Shown here in pieces: positions 21,714 through 31,227 of a DNA stretch of 64,000 nt. The notes beneath the pieces were generated by a model. That model saw nothing but the letters and a program-made list of their open reading frames with translations. It did no database searches and was not told where the DNA came from. The translations under genes were made by a program, and so were the position numbers. This DNA comes from an uncultured Bacteroides sp. (GTDB lineage: Bacteria; Bacteroidota; Bacteroidia; Bacteroidales; Muribaculaceae): assembly GCA_964544895.1 (NCBI GenBank), contig CAZJEA010000001.1, forward strand, positions 9,475 to 73,474. The letters are read 5' to 3'. The stretch's first letter is position 1. Each line of letters opens with the position of its first letter.

Positions 21714-22376
21714 TTATTCGTTTATGTAAGGGAGCAGGAAGTCACGCCAAGCTAAATATCCGGGAGCGAGGAGATGTAGGCCGTCGTTAGTCCATTCTTT
21801 TTTGAGATTTTGATTTTCGTCGCAAAAAATAGGATAAGAATTGAGCCACACACAACCTTTATCTTTAGCCAACGGCTCGAGCCTAGCATTAATGTCGCGA
21901 ATAACTTGCTCCTTATCTTTCATGAGTTTATATCTGCCAAAGCTATTGTTAATAGGTAGCAAGCTTTGCACATACAGGCGTGTTGTGGGCGTGCGCTGTC
22001 TGATGACATCAATGAGATTGCCAAGCGCACGAGCAATTGAATCGGGCGATAGATTGTGACTAACATCATTGACACCTGTAAGCAAGAAAATTTTAGCCGG
22101 GTGCCCGTCAACAATAGGGTCAATACGATCTAAAATGCCTTCAACTATATCGCCGTTAATGCCACGATTTAAGACCTTTGGATTATTAAAAAGTTCGTGC
22201 CATTCGCATCCGTGAGTGAGAGAATTGCCAAGCATAACGATAGACGTTGAGTCACAAGGCAAAACTGTAAAAAGAGATGCGCGCTGCCCATATAGCTCCG
22301 TGTACTTTTTTTGCGGAGCCTGAGCATAAGACATTAAAGCAGCCCAAATTGCGGCAAGGAAGAAAAATTTTTTCAT
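21714..22376 (-). CDS. Exported SGNH/GDSL esterase (sugar O-acetylesterase-like)
   Basis: Start set at MKKFFFLAA (signal peptide). Blocks GNSLT, NRGINGD, GVND, DGLH. Confidence 0.85.
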   Translation of the reverse strand: MKKFFFLAAIWAALMSYAQAPQKKYTELYGQRASLFTVLPCDSTSIVMLGNSLTHGCEWHELFNNPKVLNRGINGDIVEGILDRIDPIVDGHPAKIFLLTGVNDVSHNLSPDSIARALGNLIDVIRQRTPTTRLYVQSLLPINNSFGRYKLMKDKEQVIRDINARLEPLAKDKGCVWLNSYPIFCDENQNLKKEWTNDGLHLLAPGYLAWRDFLLPYINE

Positions 22377-22395
22377 AAGAAGAGAAGATAAAAAA

Positions 22396-23211
22396 TTAAG
22401 CTTGTTTATAGGCATCGACAGCAGCTTTGACTGAGCCATGGAGCAAAAGCAGACGTTTAGCTTCATCGTAAGGCAAGCCCAGCTCGTCAACGACCATTTT
22501 AGTGCCACGGTCAACAAGTTTTGCATTTGAGAGCTGCATATTAACCATCTTATTGCCTTTCACACGGCCAAGTTTAATCATAGCCGTTGTAGTGATCATG
22601 TTGCAAATAAGTTTTTGACCGGTGCCTGATTTCATGCGAGAACTTCCGGTGACATACTCCGGACCGACTACCATTTCGATAGCTATCTCGGCAGCATGGC
22701 TGAGAGGTGCATCGGGGTTTGATGTGATGCCGGCAGTGAGTATGCCGTGCTCGCGACATGCTTTAAGGGCGGCAATAACGTATGGAGTAGTGCCTGATGC
22801 GGCTATACCAATCACAGTGTCTTTTTCGTTAACATTGTAAGCCATAAGGTCGCGCCAACCTTGCTCAGTATCGTCCTCAGCATTTTCCACAGGGTTACGC
22901 AAAGCGACATCACCACCGGCAATAATGCCCACCACTAACGAAGGGTCGAGGCCAAAAGTGGGGGGTATTTCAGAAGCGTCGAGCACACCAAGACGTCCGG
23001 ATGTGCCGGCACCGATATAGAAAATGCGGCCGCCACGTTTCATGCGCGGCACAATATTAGAAACTAATAGATCAATTTGAGGAATAGCCTTTTCGACAGC
23101 TAAGGCAACCTTTTTATCTTCGTTATTGATGTCGTGCAAAATTTCGCTGACCGACTTATTTTCGAGGTCGTTATAAAGCGACGATTGTTCTGTGATTTTA
23201 ACGAAAGCCAT
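22396..23211 (-). CDS. murQ: N-acetylmuramic acid 6-phosphate etherase
   Basis: GAGTSGRLGVLDASEIPPTFG, ENAED, AASGTTPY, VGPEYVTGSSRMKSGT. Start at ATG 23211, 10 nt after the kinase stop. Confidence 0.96.
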   Translation of the reverse strand: MAFVKITEQSSLYNDLENKSVSEILHDINNEDKKVALAVEKAIPQIDLLVSNIVPRMKRGGRIFYIGAGTSGRLGVLDASEIPPTFGLDPSLVVGIIAGGDVALRNPVENAEDDTEQGWRDLMAYNVNEKDTVIGIAASGTTPYVIAALKACREHGILTAGITSNPDAPLSHAAEIAIEMVVGPEYVTGSSRMKSGTGQKLICNMITTTAMIKLGRVKGNKMVNMQLSNAKLVDRGTKMVVDELGLPYDEAKRLLLLHGSVKAAVDAYKQA

Positions 23212-23221
23212 GATAAAAACA

Positions 23222-24058
23222 TTAAGAGTGGAAATTAATAAGACCTTGCATAGGGCTTTTAATGATGTTGCCCACAGTGCAACCACAAACAGCAGCAGCC
23301 TCAATGAGCAAATCTTTGTAGTAGTAAGCGATAGAGCCAACGAAATTGACATTCAAATCGTTGTGATGCGGATATTGCTCAATATTGCGTTTAAAGAACG
23401 CTATAAAAGAGTTGAGCACAAGATTGCGAATTGCAGGCTCGTTTATGTTTTGCAGTAGGAACGGAGAGACCGAAGCTAAAAAGCGATTAGCTTGAGGCTC
23501 ACGATATACCCGCTGAATGATAGAAATTCGGTCGAGATTAAATTGTTGCAAAAATTTATCGCATAGAGGTTTAGGCAATTGATTTTTCAGCACATCGCCA
23601 ATGAGGAGTTTACCCAACACAGCACCTGAACCTTCATCGCCAAGTATGTAACCCAATGGCGAAACATTGTCGCAAATATTTTCGCCATCGTAATAACACG
23701 AGTTAGAACCTGTACCAAGAATACACGCAATGCCGGCTTTACGGCCAAAAAGGGCACGAGCAGCAGCAAGGAGGTCGGTGTGCACATCAATAACCTCAGC
23801 ATTGATGTTTTGACGAATGGCATTTGCGACGTTGCAGCAAACAACATCGTTAATACAACCGGCACCATAAAAATGCACGGCATCAATTTCAAAGTCAGCA
23901 ATCTGAGGCATCAGTTCGGTGGCAATATGTTCAGCAATTTCTTGCTGAGAAAGCATCACCGCATTCATGCCGCTGGTGAAAATTTGTTTAACGACTTTGC
24001 CATTATCAGTTAAGCACCAGTCAATTTTAGTGCTACCGCAGTCAGCAATAAGTTTCAT
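23222..24058 (-). CDS. BadF/BadG/BcrA/BcrD-type sugar kinase (MurNAc kinase, MurK-like)
   Basis: ADCGSTK phosphate-1 motif, FYGAGC, ILGTGSNS, LGYILGDEGSG. Directly upstream of murQ. Confidence 0.85.
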   Translation of the reverse strand: MKLIADCGSTKIDWCLTDNGKVVKQIFTSGMNAVMLSQQEIAEHIATELMPQIADFEIDAVHFYGAGCINDVVCCNVANAIRQNINAEVIDVHTDLLAAARALFGRKAGIACILGTGSNSCYYDGENICDNVSPLGYILGDEGSGAVLGKLLIGDVLKNQLPKPLCDKFLQQFNLDRISIIQRVYREPQANRFLASVSPFLLQNINEPAIRNLVLNSFIAFFKRNIEQYPHHNDLNVNFVGSIAYYYKDLLIEAAAVCGCTVGNIIKSPMQGLINFHS

Positions 24059-25239
24059 ATTTTGATATAAATTTTATTTTTATAAAGAATGTAACCGAAG
24101 CACCAATTTATGCATACGAACAATATAGCATAAAAGAGCGAAGCGAGGGTGATGTTGTAAGCAGCGAGAGGCATGCAGCACACTTCAAAAATCCAACCAT
24201 GGAGCGAAATGCAACCGTCAGCGGCGAGATAGTAAGGCACTTTTATGAACGAGAGGAATAGGCTCAAGACAGAGCCAAGAACATACATAAATAGCGGATT
24301 AATGCCAAATGCCTCAAAGAAACGACACCAAGTTTTATATCCTTTAATGTCAATAATCCAAATCAGCAAAGCGAGCAAACTTGCAGCAAGGCCACAAGTT
24401 GTGATTACGAAAGTCGGAGACCAAATTTTTTTGTTAATAGGCATGCCATAAGCGAAAAGGAATCCGACAAAAGAGAGAGACGTGCCTATAATGAATAACT
24501 TATTAATGCGCGTTTTGTTGTCTTTAGCAGCAAAAATTATAGAGCCACAAATATAGCCAATGAGCATGTGAGCAATGGCGGGAAGAGTGCTCAACAATCC
24601 TTCGGGGTCAAAGTCGAGAGTGACATCGCCGACCGTATCAGAATACATGTGCTTTGCACCAAAGACAGAGTGATCGACAATAGAGACAATATTGTTATTA
24701 GAGAACTCATAGCCATTGCCAATCCAGAGCAAAAAGGCGTAAATTGCCAATATTATAGCCACCACCCATTTAAGAGATTTGCCTTTAAAGAGTAGAGCGA
24801 TAATAGAGCCAAAGCCATAGCAAAGTGCCAAACGCTGCATGACGCCCAAGGCGCGCATAGCATCGAAATTGTTAATAGCCTGCCACAGAGTAGCCTCGCC
24901 ACTAGAAAGAGCGCGCAAGAATCGAGCGAGCCAAGCTATTGCCATGCCTATAGCAAAGATGACAACTGTGCGTCGAACGATTTTAAGGGCTGCCGCGGCA
25001 GAGAGTTTAAAGTTGTACTTACGTAGAGAGAAGTACGTTGATACGCCCATGATGAACATAAAGAACGGGAAGACCAAATCGGTTGGAGTAAGGCCATTCC
25101 ACTCAGCATGACGAAGCGGAGCATAAATATCGCTCCAAGTGCCGGGGTTGTTTACTAGCAACATTCCGGCAATAGTGATGCCTCGAAGTATGTCGAGAGC
25201 AAGTAAACGCTGGGGGCGTTGAGAATTAACAGTATGCAT
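24055..25239 (-). CDS. HGSNAT/DUF5009-like membrane protein (MurT-like MurNAc transporter or acyltransferase)
   Basis: RLLALDILRG, HAEWNG, DLVFPFF, GVMQR, DPEGLLS, PINKKIWS. ATGA overlap with the kinase gene. Confidence 0.8.
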   Translation of the reverse strand: MHTVNSQRPQRLLALDILRGITIAGMLLVNNPGTWSDIYAPLRHAEWNGLTPTDLVFPFFMFIMGVSTYFSLRKYNFKLSAAAALKIVRRTVVIFAIGMAIAWLARFLRALSSGEATLWQAINNFDAMRALGVMQRLALCYGFGSIIALLFKGKSLKWVVAIILAIYAFLLWIGNGYEFSNNNIVSIVDHSVFGAKHMYSDTVGDVTLDFDPEGLLSTLPAIAHMLIGYICGSIIFAAKDNKTRINKLFIIGTSLSFVGFLFAYGMPINKKIWSPTFVITTCGLAASLLALLIWIIDIKGYKTWCRFFEAFGINPLFMYVLGSVLSLFLSFIKVPYYLAADGCISLHGWIFEVCCMPLAAYNITLASLFYAILFVCINWCFGYILYKNKIYIKI

Positions 25240-25262
25240 GATAATAGAAAGTAATAGAAGGA

Positions 25263-28070
25263 TTAGCGGTTAAATGTTTTAGCAGTAGTAACTTCATTAA
25301 CCAAATAAGCTATAGACTTGTATGGTATACCTGAATTGTTAGTCAACCCAATTTCGCAAGTACGCGAATTAGAGAAGCCTCTATGCACAGAGTTTGCGAC
25401 AAGCTGTGGTTTTAGTTTTCGCAAAGCCCAGGCATTGAGTTCGGGGACGAGGAAACCTTTGTCTCCGGCGAAACCGCAGCAGCCAATTTCGGTAGGCACG
25501 ATGACGTTGCGGGAGCAGCGTTGAGCAAGAGCCACGATTGTATTGGCAAGATTCATGTGTCGTGTAGAACACGTGATATGCACAGATATTGGTTCGTCGG
25601 TAGGCTTAAAATCGAGATATGGCACGAGGAAGTTTTCAATAAATTCGGCGGGCTCGTAAAGTTTCAACGAAGAAATGTGAGAGCGCATACGGTGCAAACA
25701 GGGGCTTTGGTCGCAAAGCACAGGTATGCGGCCGTTGTCAGAAGCTATGAGCAAAGCGCGTTCGAGCTCAGCGGTTTTGCTGTTAGCGATTTCGGGCATA
25801 CCTTTACTTTCCCAGATCATGCCGCAACAAAGGCTTTGCATGTTTTCAGGGAAAATGACTTCATAACCTGCTTTATTGCAAAGCTGCACCATAACTTGCA
25901 CAAGAGGTAGCACCCGGTGTTTGTCTTCTTTGGAAGCACCAAAAGTTTGGTTTATGCACGAGGGGAAGTAAACGACTTTGCGCGGAAGGTGGTTTTGCAC
26001 AATTTTCGGATTAGCGGCTGAAGGTAGCGAAGCTGACCACAAGGGTAAGCCTATGTTATTGAGAGTGCGTCCGGTAGCATTTACAATTTTGTCACCGAGT
26101 ATTGAATGTGCCGCATTTGCAATATTGAGCACAGGGCGCAAACATGATTCAACGGTAGAGAGGTGCTCTGCAGACCATTTGCCGAATTTATAGGCTGACG
26201 AAGTGCGTGGCAAAGCGTCGCGACGCAAGTCGTGAATCATATCGGCAGTATTTATGTTCATCGGGCAAGACGTAGAGCACAATCCGTCGCCGGCACACGT
26301 TTTATTGCCAAGATATTTGAATTGTTTTTCGAGCCTATGCAAACGATCGTCGTTTTCGTGAGAGGTACGCAAACGAGAGATTTCGCGTTGCACAATGATG
26401 CGCTGTCGTGCAGAAATAGTAAAGCCACACGAAACGCAGTTTACTTCGCAAAAGCCGCACTCAATGCAACGGTCAACATGATCGTTAGTGAGGGGTAGCG
26501 GCTTCATATTTTTGATATAGCAATCAGGATCGTCGTTAAAAATGACGCCGGGATTTAGGATGTTTTGAGGGTCCATAATCCCCTTAAGGCGGCGCATAAT
26601 AGCATAAGCTTTAGCCCCCCACTCTTTTTCGACGAAAGGAGCCATATTGCGGCCGGTGCCATGTTCGGCTTTAAGCGAGCCGTCATATTTGTCAATGACA
26701 AGCTTTTCGACTTCGAGCATGAGATGTCTATATTTTTCGACATCAGCTTCCGACTCAAAACTTTGTGCTATAACAAAATGATAATTGCCTTCGAGAGCAT
26801 GCCCGTAAATGCAAGCATCATCGTAGCCACAATCAACAAGTAGCTGTGCGAGGTCGGCAGTTGCCGCCGGCAAATCGTCGATATGGAAAGCTACGTCTTC
26901 AATAAGCGAAGTTGTGCCTAGCGGACGCGTGCCACCAACGGCAGGAAAAACTCCTGAACGAATTGCCCACCACTTGTTGCATACAGCCGGGTCAGAAGAA
27001 AATTCGACAGGCTTAAACAACTTGAAATTATTGAGAACATCGGTTATTGCTTGAATATTTTCTTGCAAATGTTGCTCAGAGTCAGCCTTAGTGTCGAGCA
27101 ACAAAGCTGTCAGACCTTCGCCGGTAGTGTCGTTTACCGAAGCTAATGACTTTTTGTCGAGCATCTCACAGCTGTCAACAGCATTAGCTTTTTTGAGAGC
27201 CACAACTGCACGACAAGCTTCAGACATATCTTCGAAATAAAGCATAGCACTTGCAGCAAAAGGCAAAACGGGTGCGGTTTTTAGGGTAGCGCTATACATA
27301 AAGCCGAGTGTGCCTTCACTACCAACCATGCAATGGGCAATGATATCAAACGGATCGTCGTAGGCTATAAACGGACGGAGATTGAGTCCGGTGACGTTTT
27401 TTATAGAGTATTTGTAGGCTATGCGCTCAGACAACTCCTTATCGGCACGGATTTCATCGCGCAAAACTTCAATTTCGCGAATGATATCAGGATGCTGTTC
27501 AGCGAAAATGCGACGAGAGTCGGCGTTACCGGTATCGAGCATCGTGCCATCAGCAAGAATGATGCCCATAGAAAGCAACATTCTGTCAGAGTTGGCGTGA
27601 GTACCACAGTTCATACCTGAGGCATTGTTTATTATAATACCCCCAACCATGGCAGACTTTTTAGACGCAGGGTCGGGTGTAAACATTCTATTGTATGGCG
27701 CGAGGAGCTGATTTACACGATCGCCAATGATGCCGGGCTGAAGTGTTATTGTTTGCGCATCCGCAGCAATTTCAAAATCTTCCCAGTTTTTTCCGGCAAC
27801 GATGAGCACAGAGTCGCTAATAGATTGTCCTGAAAGACTAGTTCCTGCAGCACGAAAAGTGACAGGCACATTGAATTTTGACGCAGATTGCAGCAACTTA
27901 GCCACCTCCGTGCGATTTTTTGCGCGGACAACAATTTTAGGAAGAATGCGATAGAAACTAGCATCCGTACCCCAAGCCAGGCAACGGAGGTCGTCGGTAT
28001 ATATACGATTGTCATCAATGTATGTGACAATATCGGCAAGAAAATCTTTATATTTCTGCATATCAATCAT
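25263..28070 (-). CDS. FAD/Fe-S D-lactate dehydrogenase-like oxidoreductase (FAD_binding_4, FAD-oxidase C, 4Fe-4S and CCG domains)
   Basis: FRAAGTSLSGQ, PDPAS, NNASG, HALEGNYH, KAEHGTGR, CIECGFCEVNC, CAGDGLCSTSCP, CCG x2. Start at 28070 overlaps the namZ stop (ATGA). Confidence 0.85.
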   Translation of the reverse strand: MIDMQKYKDFLADIVTYIDDNRIYTDDLRCLAWGTDASFYRILPKIVVRAKNRTEVAKLLQSASKFNVPVTFRAAGTSLSGQSISDSVLIVAGKNWEDFEIAADAQTITLQPGIIGDRVNQLLAPYNRMFTPDPASKKSAMVGGIIINNASGMNCGTHANSDRMLLSMGIILADGTMLDTGNADSRRIFAEQHPDIIREIEVLRDEIRADKELSERIAYKYSIKNVTGLNLRPFIAYDDPFDIIAHCMVGSEGTLGFMYSATLKTAPVLPFAASAMLYFEDMSEACRAVVALKKANAVDSCEMLDKKSLASVNDTTGEGLTALLLDTKADSEQHLQENIQAITDVLNNFKLFKPVEFSSDPAVCNKWWAIRSGVFPAVGGTRPLGTTSLIEDVAFHIDDLPAATADLAQLLVDCGYDDACIYGHALEGNYHFVIAQSFESEADVEKYRHLMLEVEKLVIDKYDGSLKAEHGTGRNMAPFVEKEWGAKAYAIMRRLKGIMDPQNILNPGVIFNDDPDCYIKNMKPLPLTNDHVDRCIECGFCEVNCVSCGFTISARQRIIVQREISRLRTSHENDDRLHRLEKQFKYLGNKTCAGDGLCSTSCPMNINTADMIHDLRRDALPRTSSAYKFGKWSAEHLSTVESCLRPVLNIANAAHSILGDKIVNATGRTLNNIGLPLWSASLPSAANPKIVQNHLPRKVVYFPSCINQTFGASKEDKHRVLPLVQVMVQLCNKAGYEVIFPENMQSLCCGMIWESKGMPEIANSKTAELERALLIASDNGRIPVLCDQSPCLHRMRSHISSLKLYEPAEFIENFLVPYLDFKPTDEPISVHITCSTRHMNLANTIVALAQRCSRNVIVPTEIGCCGFAGDKGFLVPELNAWALRKLKPQLVANSVHRGFSNSRTCEIGLTNNSGIPYKSIAYLVNEVTTAKTFNR

Positions 28071-29302
28071 TTGTATAGATAGCAAGCCGATGATGCGGCT
28101 TTAAAAGCCTCGGCATCTTTGTTCCAATAATCAATTATGTCGGCAACACTGTGATTTATAGCGAAACGGCGGCGAATTTCTTTGCTGCCAACTACTTTGT
28201 CAAACATACTGAATCGCTTTGCGTTAGCATTTCCGTCTTTAAACACAGCTTTGTCGGGATACATTGCTGCTAACTCTTGCATCACATAAAATTGAGTTAG
28301 AGAGAGTGGCGCAGCATCCAAATCAGTAACATAAGCCTCTATGCCTTGCAAATTTTCGCCTTTACCAAATGCATAAAACGGCTTTATGTGTATTGGGCGG
28401 AACATAAGTCCCGGCAAATTGAGAGCATTCATACGCTGCGACAATTTTTCGGCATCAATCCAAGCAGCACAAAAGAGTTTGAAAGGCTCAGTGTAGCCAA
28501 CTCCAATAGACATATAATCGAGCTCACCGAGAATACCTGACAGCGGATAATAAATTGCAGCTTCGGGAGTTGGTATGTGCGGAGACGGGAGCACCCAAGG
28601 CATGCCTGTTTCGCGGAAAGTCATGCTACGCGACCATCCTTGCATAGGCACTACTTCAAGATCAACTTTTTTGCCTGAAGGCAGCATTTTGTTGTTATTG
28701 AGATAGATAGCCAACTCTCCGGGAGTGAGGCCGTAGATGTATGGTATGGCGAATTGACTTACAAAAGAGAAGCAAGAATCTTCAACCAAGTTTCCTTCAA
28801 CCTTATTACCGCCAAGAGGATTTGGGCGATCGAGCACCATAAACTTTTTGCCAAGCTGAGCACAAGCATCCATAGCCAATCCCATCGTTGAGATGAAAGT
28901 GTATGAACGGCAGCCGTTATCTTGTATGTCATATATTAGCACATCAACATTGCTGAGCATCTCGGCAGTGGGCTTACGAGTTTTTCCATAAATGGAAAAT
29001 ACTTTAACTCCGGTAGCCGGATCAACGAAATTATCGACGTGGTCTCCGGCATGGACATCGCCACGCACGCCATGTTCAGGAGCGAAAAGAGCTACCAATT
29101 GCACTCCTTGAGCATCGTGAAGAATGTCAACTGTCGATTTAAGACTGTTGTCAACGCCGGTAGGGTTAGTTATAAGTCCAACACGTTTACCCTGAAGAGA
29201 GTTGAAATTGTTGTTGCGGAGCACTTCAATGCCGGGCAACACTTGTGCGTATGAGGCTAGAGCCAACAGCACAGAAAAGATGGAGAAAAAGTAACGTATC
29301 AT
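28067..29302 (-). CDS. namZ: Exo-beta-N-acetylmuramidase NamZ family (DUF1343/YbbC, GH171), exported
   Basis: Signal peptide, GKRVGLITNPTG, LFAPEHG, DIQDNGCRSYT, VLDRPNPLGG, WVLPSPHIP. Confidence 0.9.
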   Translation of the reverse strand: MIRYFFSIFSVLLALASYAQVLPGIEVLRNNNFNSLQGKRVGLITNPTGVDNSLKSTVDILHDAQGVQLVALFAPEHGVRGDVHAGDHVDNFVDPATGVKVFSIYGKTRKPTAEMLSNVDVLIYDIQDNGCRSYTFISTMGLAMDACAQLGKKFMVLDRPNPLGGNKVEGNLVEDSCFSFVSQFAIPYIYGLTPGELAIYLNNNKMLPSGKKVDLEVVPMQGWSRSMTFRETGMPWVLPSPHIPTPEAAIYYPLSGILGELDYMSIGVGYTEPFKLFCAAWIDAEKLSQRMNALNLPGLMFRPIHIKPFYAFGKGENLQGIEAYVTDLDAAPLSLTQFYVMQELAAMYPDKAVFKDGNANAKRFSMFDKVVGSKEIRRRFAINHSVADIIDYWNKDAEAFKAASSACYLYK

Positions 29303-31167
29303 TTTTTTACGCCGAATTTAGGATCGATTTTAATAAATGCACAAATGCCGATAGTAGCAGCGCAACAAATCATTGTCCACACAAAGAAGTGTCGGTATCC
29401 GATGCACTCTTGCAGCCAACCTGCAGCCATGCCTGGCAGCATCATGCCCAGGGCCATAAATCCGGTGCAGATGGCGTAGTGGGCTGTTTTGTGCGAGCCT
29501 TCAGAGAAGTATATGAGGTAGAGCATATAGGCAGTAAAGCCAAATCCGTATCCGAATTGCTCTATGAACACACAGATGTTGACAGTGAGCAATGAGTGAT
29601 CTTGCCAATAGCTAAGATAGATGAACGTGAGGCACGTTAGAGACATGCTCCAAGCCATAGGCCAAAGCCATTTTTTAAGGCCTCCCTTTGCTGCCACAAT
29701 GCCGCCGATGATGCCGCCAATAGTTAAGCCAATAATGCCAACGGTGCCGTAAACGATGCCAACTTCACCGGTGGTGAGACCAAGTCCACCTTTATCAATC
29801 GGGTCGAGCAAGAATGGATTTATAAGTTTTACGAGCTGCGCTTCGGGCAAGCGATAAAGCAACATAAAGAGTAATGCCACAACAATTTGTTTCTTTTGGA
29901 AGAATGATTTGAACGTTTCAAAAAATTCTTTGAAAATCTGCTTAGCCGTGGTTGCGTTGCGGTTGTCGTCGGCAGCAGGATGCGGTAATGCCCAACTATG
30001 GTAGGCGGCAACGACAAAGAAGAATGCCGAGAGCACGGCAAAGACCACTAACCATGCCATAGGTATGTTGCCTGATGCACCTGAAAAATTAGCTGACGAA
30101 GCTGCCGAAAGTTTGTGGTCAACTTCAAAGAAGAGATAAGCAGGTTTGTCCCAGTTTTGAGCATTAAACACGAAACGAGTAGAGAGTTTGTCTTGCTCTA
30201 GTTTTATGCTTTGATCACCGCTTTTATATGTGACATTGAGCACCACTGACTCATCGGCTTTAGGTGCTTTATTTAGACGCACCGCTACTATAGCAAAATT
30301 ATTAGCAGCATTTGATGCGGGAACCTCACGAGTTTCGCCAAAATTATTTTTGAGCCAACGAGTGATAGCACCATCTTCAGATTTGGCTACGGCAGCAGAA
30401 GCTGTTGCTACGTCGGCATCCATAAAGCCATTTTCTTGATTAAGATGCTTAACCGAATCGCGCATTAATGTTGCATATTCTGCAAAAGACAAATCGTTGC
30501 CGTTTGTAGAAACGGTTGACGGCGCCTTAATGGCAACCGGAGAAATTTTTGACGTTACAAAATGCAAATCACCGGCACAATCAGTGTATTGCAGATTATT
30601 CAAATCTTGCGCCTGCCACTCCACTGTCGGCTCAGCGTTAATGGTTATGTCAACGGGAGGAAGCCCGCTATTTGTTTCGATGAGTCCGGCAATAATAACC
30701 AGCAATCCCTGCCCTGCGACGGTGGCAACACGATAGAATGTGGAACGAATGCCCACATACAACGACTGCTCGTGCTCAGTGAGAGCGAGCATGTAAAATC
30801 CGTCAGCAGCGATGTCGTGTGTAGCCGACGTGAAACCGACAATCCAAAAGATAGCAAGGGTCAGCTGAAAGAATAAAGGTGTTGGAATGGTAAATGCAAT
30901 GCCGGCAAGGGCAAAAGCAATAATCCACTGCATAGTCAAAGTCCACCAACGCTTGGTGCGCATTATGTCGACAAATGGGCTCCAAAATGGTTTTATAACC
31001 CATGGCAAATAAAGCCAACCTGTGTATAGAGCGATATCTGTATTAGATATGCCCAAGCGCTTATACATGATAACCGAGATAGTCATCACCGCCACGTAAG
31101 GCAAACCCTGCGCGAAGTAGAGTGTAGGGATCCAAGCCCAGGGATTTCTTTTTGCAGTTTGTTTCAT
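29299..31167 (-). CDS. ampG: AmpG-like MFS muropeptide permease with a large inserted soluble domain
   Basis: PWAWIPTLYFAQGLP, IKPFWSP, SATHDIAADG, GIRSTFYR, EQFGYGFG, HYAICTG. About 200 aa of hydrophilic insert. Confidence 0.85.
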   Translation of the reverse strand: MKQTAKRNPWAWIPTLYFAQGLPYVAVMTISVIMYKRLGISNTDIALYTGWLYLPWVIKPFWSPFVDIMRTKRWWTLTMQWIIAFALAGIAFTIPTPLFFQLTLAIFWIVGFTSATHDIAADGFYMLALTEHEQSLYVGIRSTFYRVATVAGQGLLVIIAGLIETNSGLPPVDITINAEPTVEWQAQDLNNLQYTDCAGDLHFVTSKISPVAIKAPSTVSTNGNDLSFAEYATLMRDSVKHLNQENGFMDADVATASAAVAKSEDGAITRWLKNNFGETREVPASNAANNFAIVAVRLNKAPKADESVVLNVTYKSGDQSIKLEQDKLSTRFVFNAQNWDKPAYLFFEVDHKLSAASSANFSGASGNIPMAWLVVFAVLSAFFFVVAAYHSWALPHPAADDNRNATTAKQIFKEFFETFKSFFQKKQIVVALLFMLLYRLPEAQLVKLINPFLLDPIDKGGLGLTTGEVGIVYGTVGIIGLTIGGIIGGIVAAKGGLKKWLWPMAWSMSLTCLTFIYLSYWQDHSLLTVNICVFIEQFGYGFGFTAYMLYLIYFSEGSHKTAHYAICTGFMALGMMLPGMAAGWLQECIGYRHFFVWTMICCAATIGICAFIKIDPKFGVKK

Positions 31168-31227
31168 ATTATAAGTAAATAAGGCAATTAGTAAATATGT
31201 AATACCTAATTTTAGATTGTTAGTATA

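Noticed and set aside
22377-23352. N-terminal extensions given by the ORF track for the esterase and murQ (also sbcD, the second kinase, ssb and the second AAA gene)
   Set aside because: The extensions overlap upstream genes or promoter boxes. Downstream ATGs match family N-termini or signal peptides.
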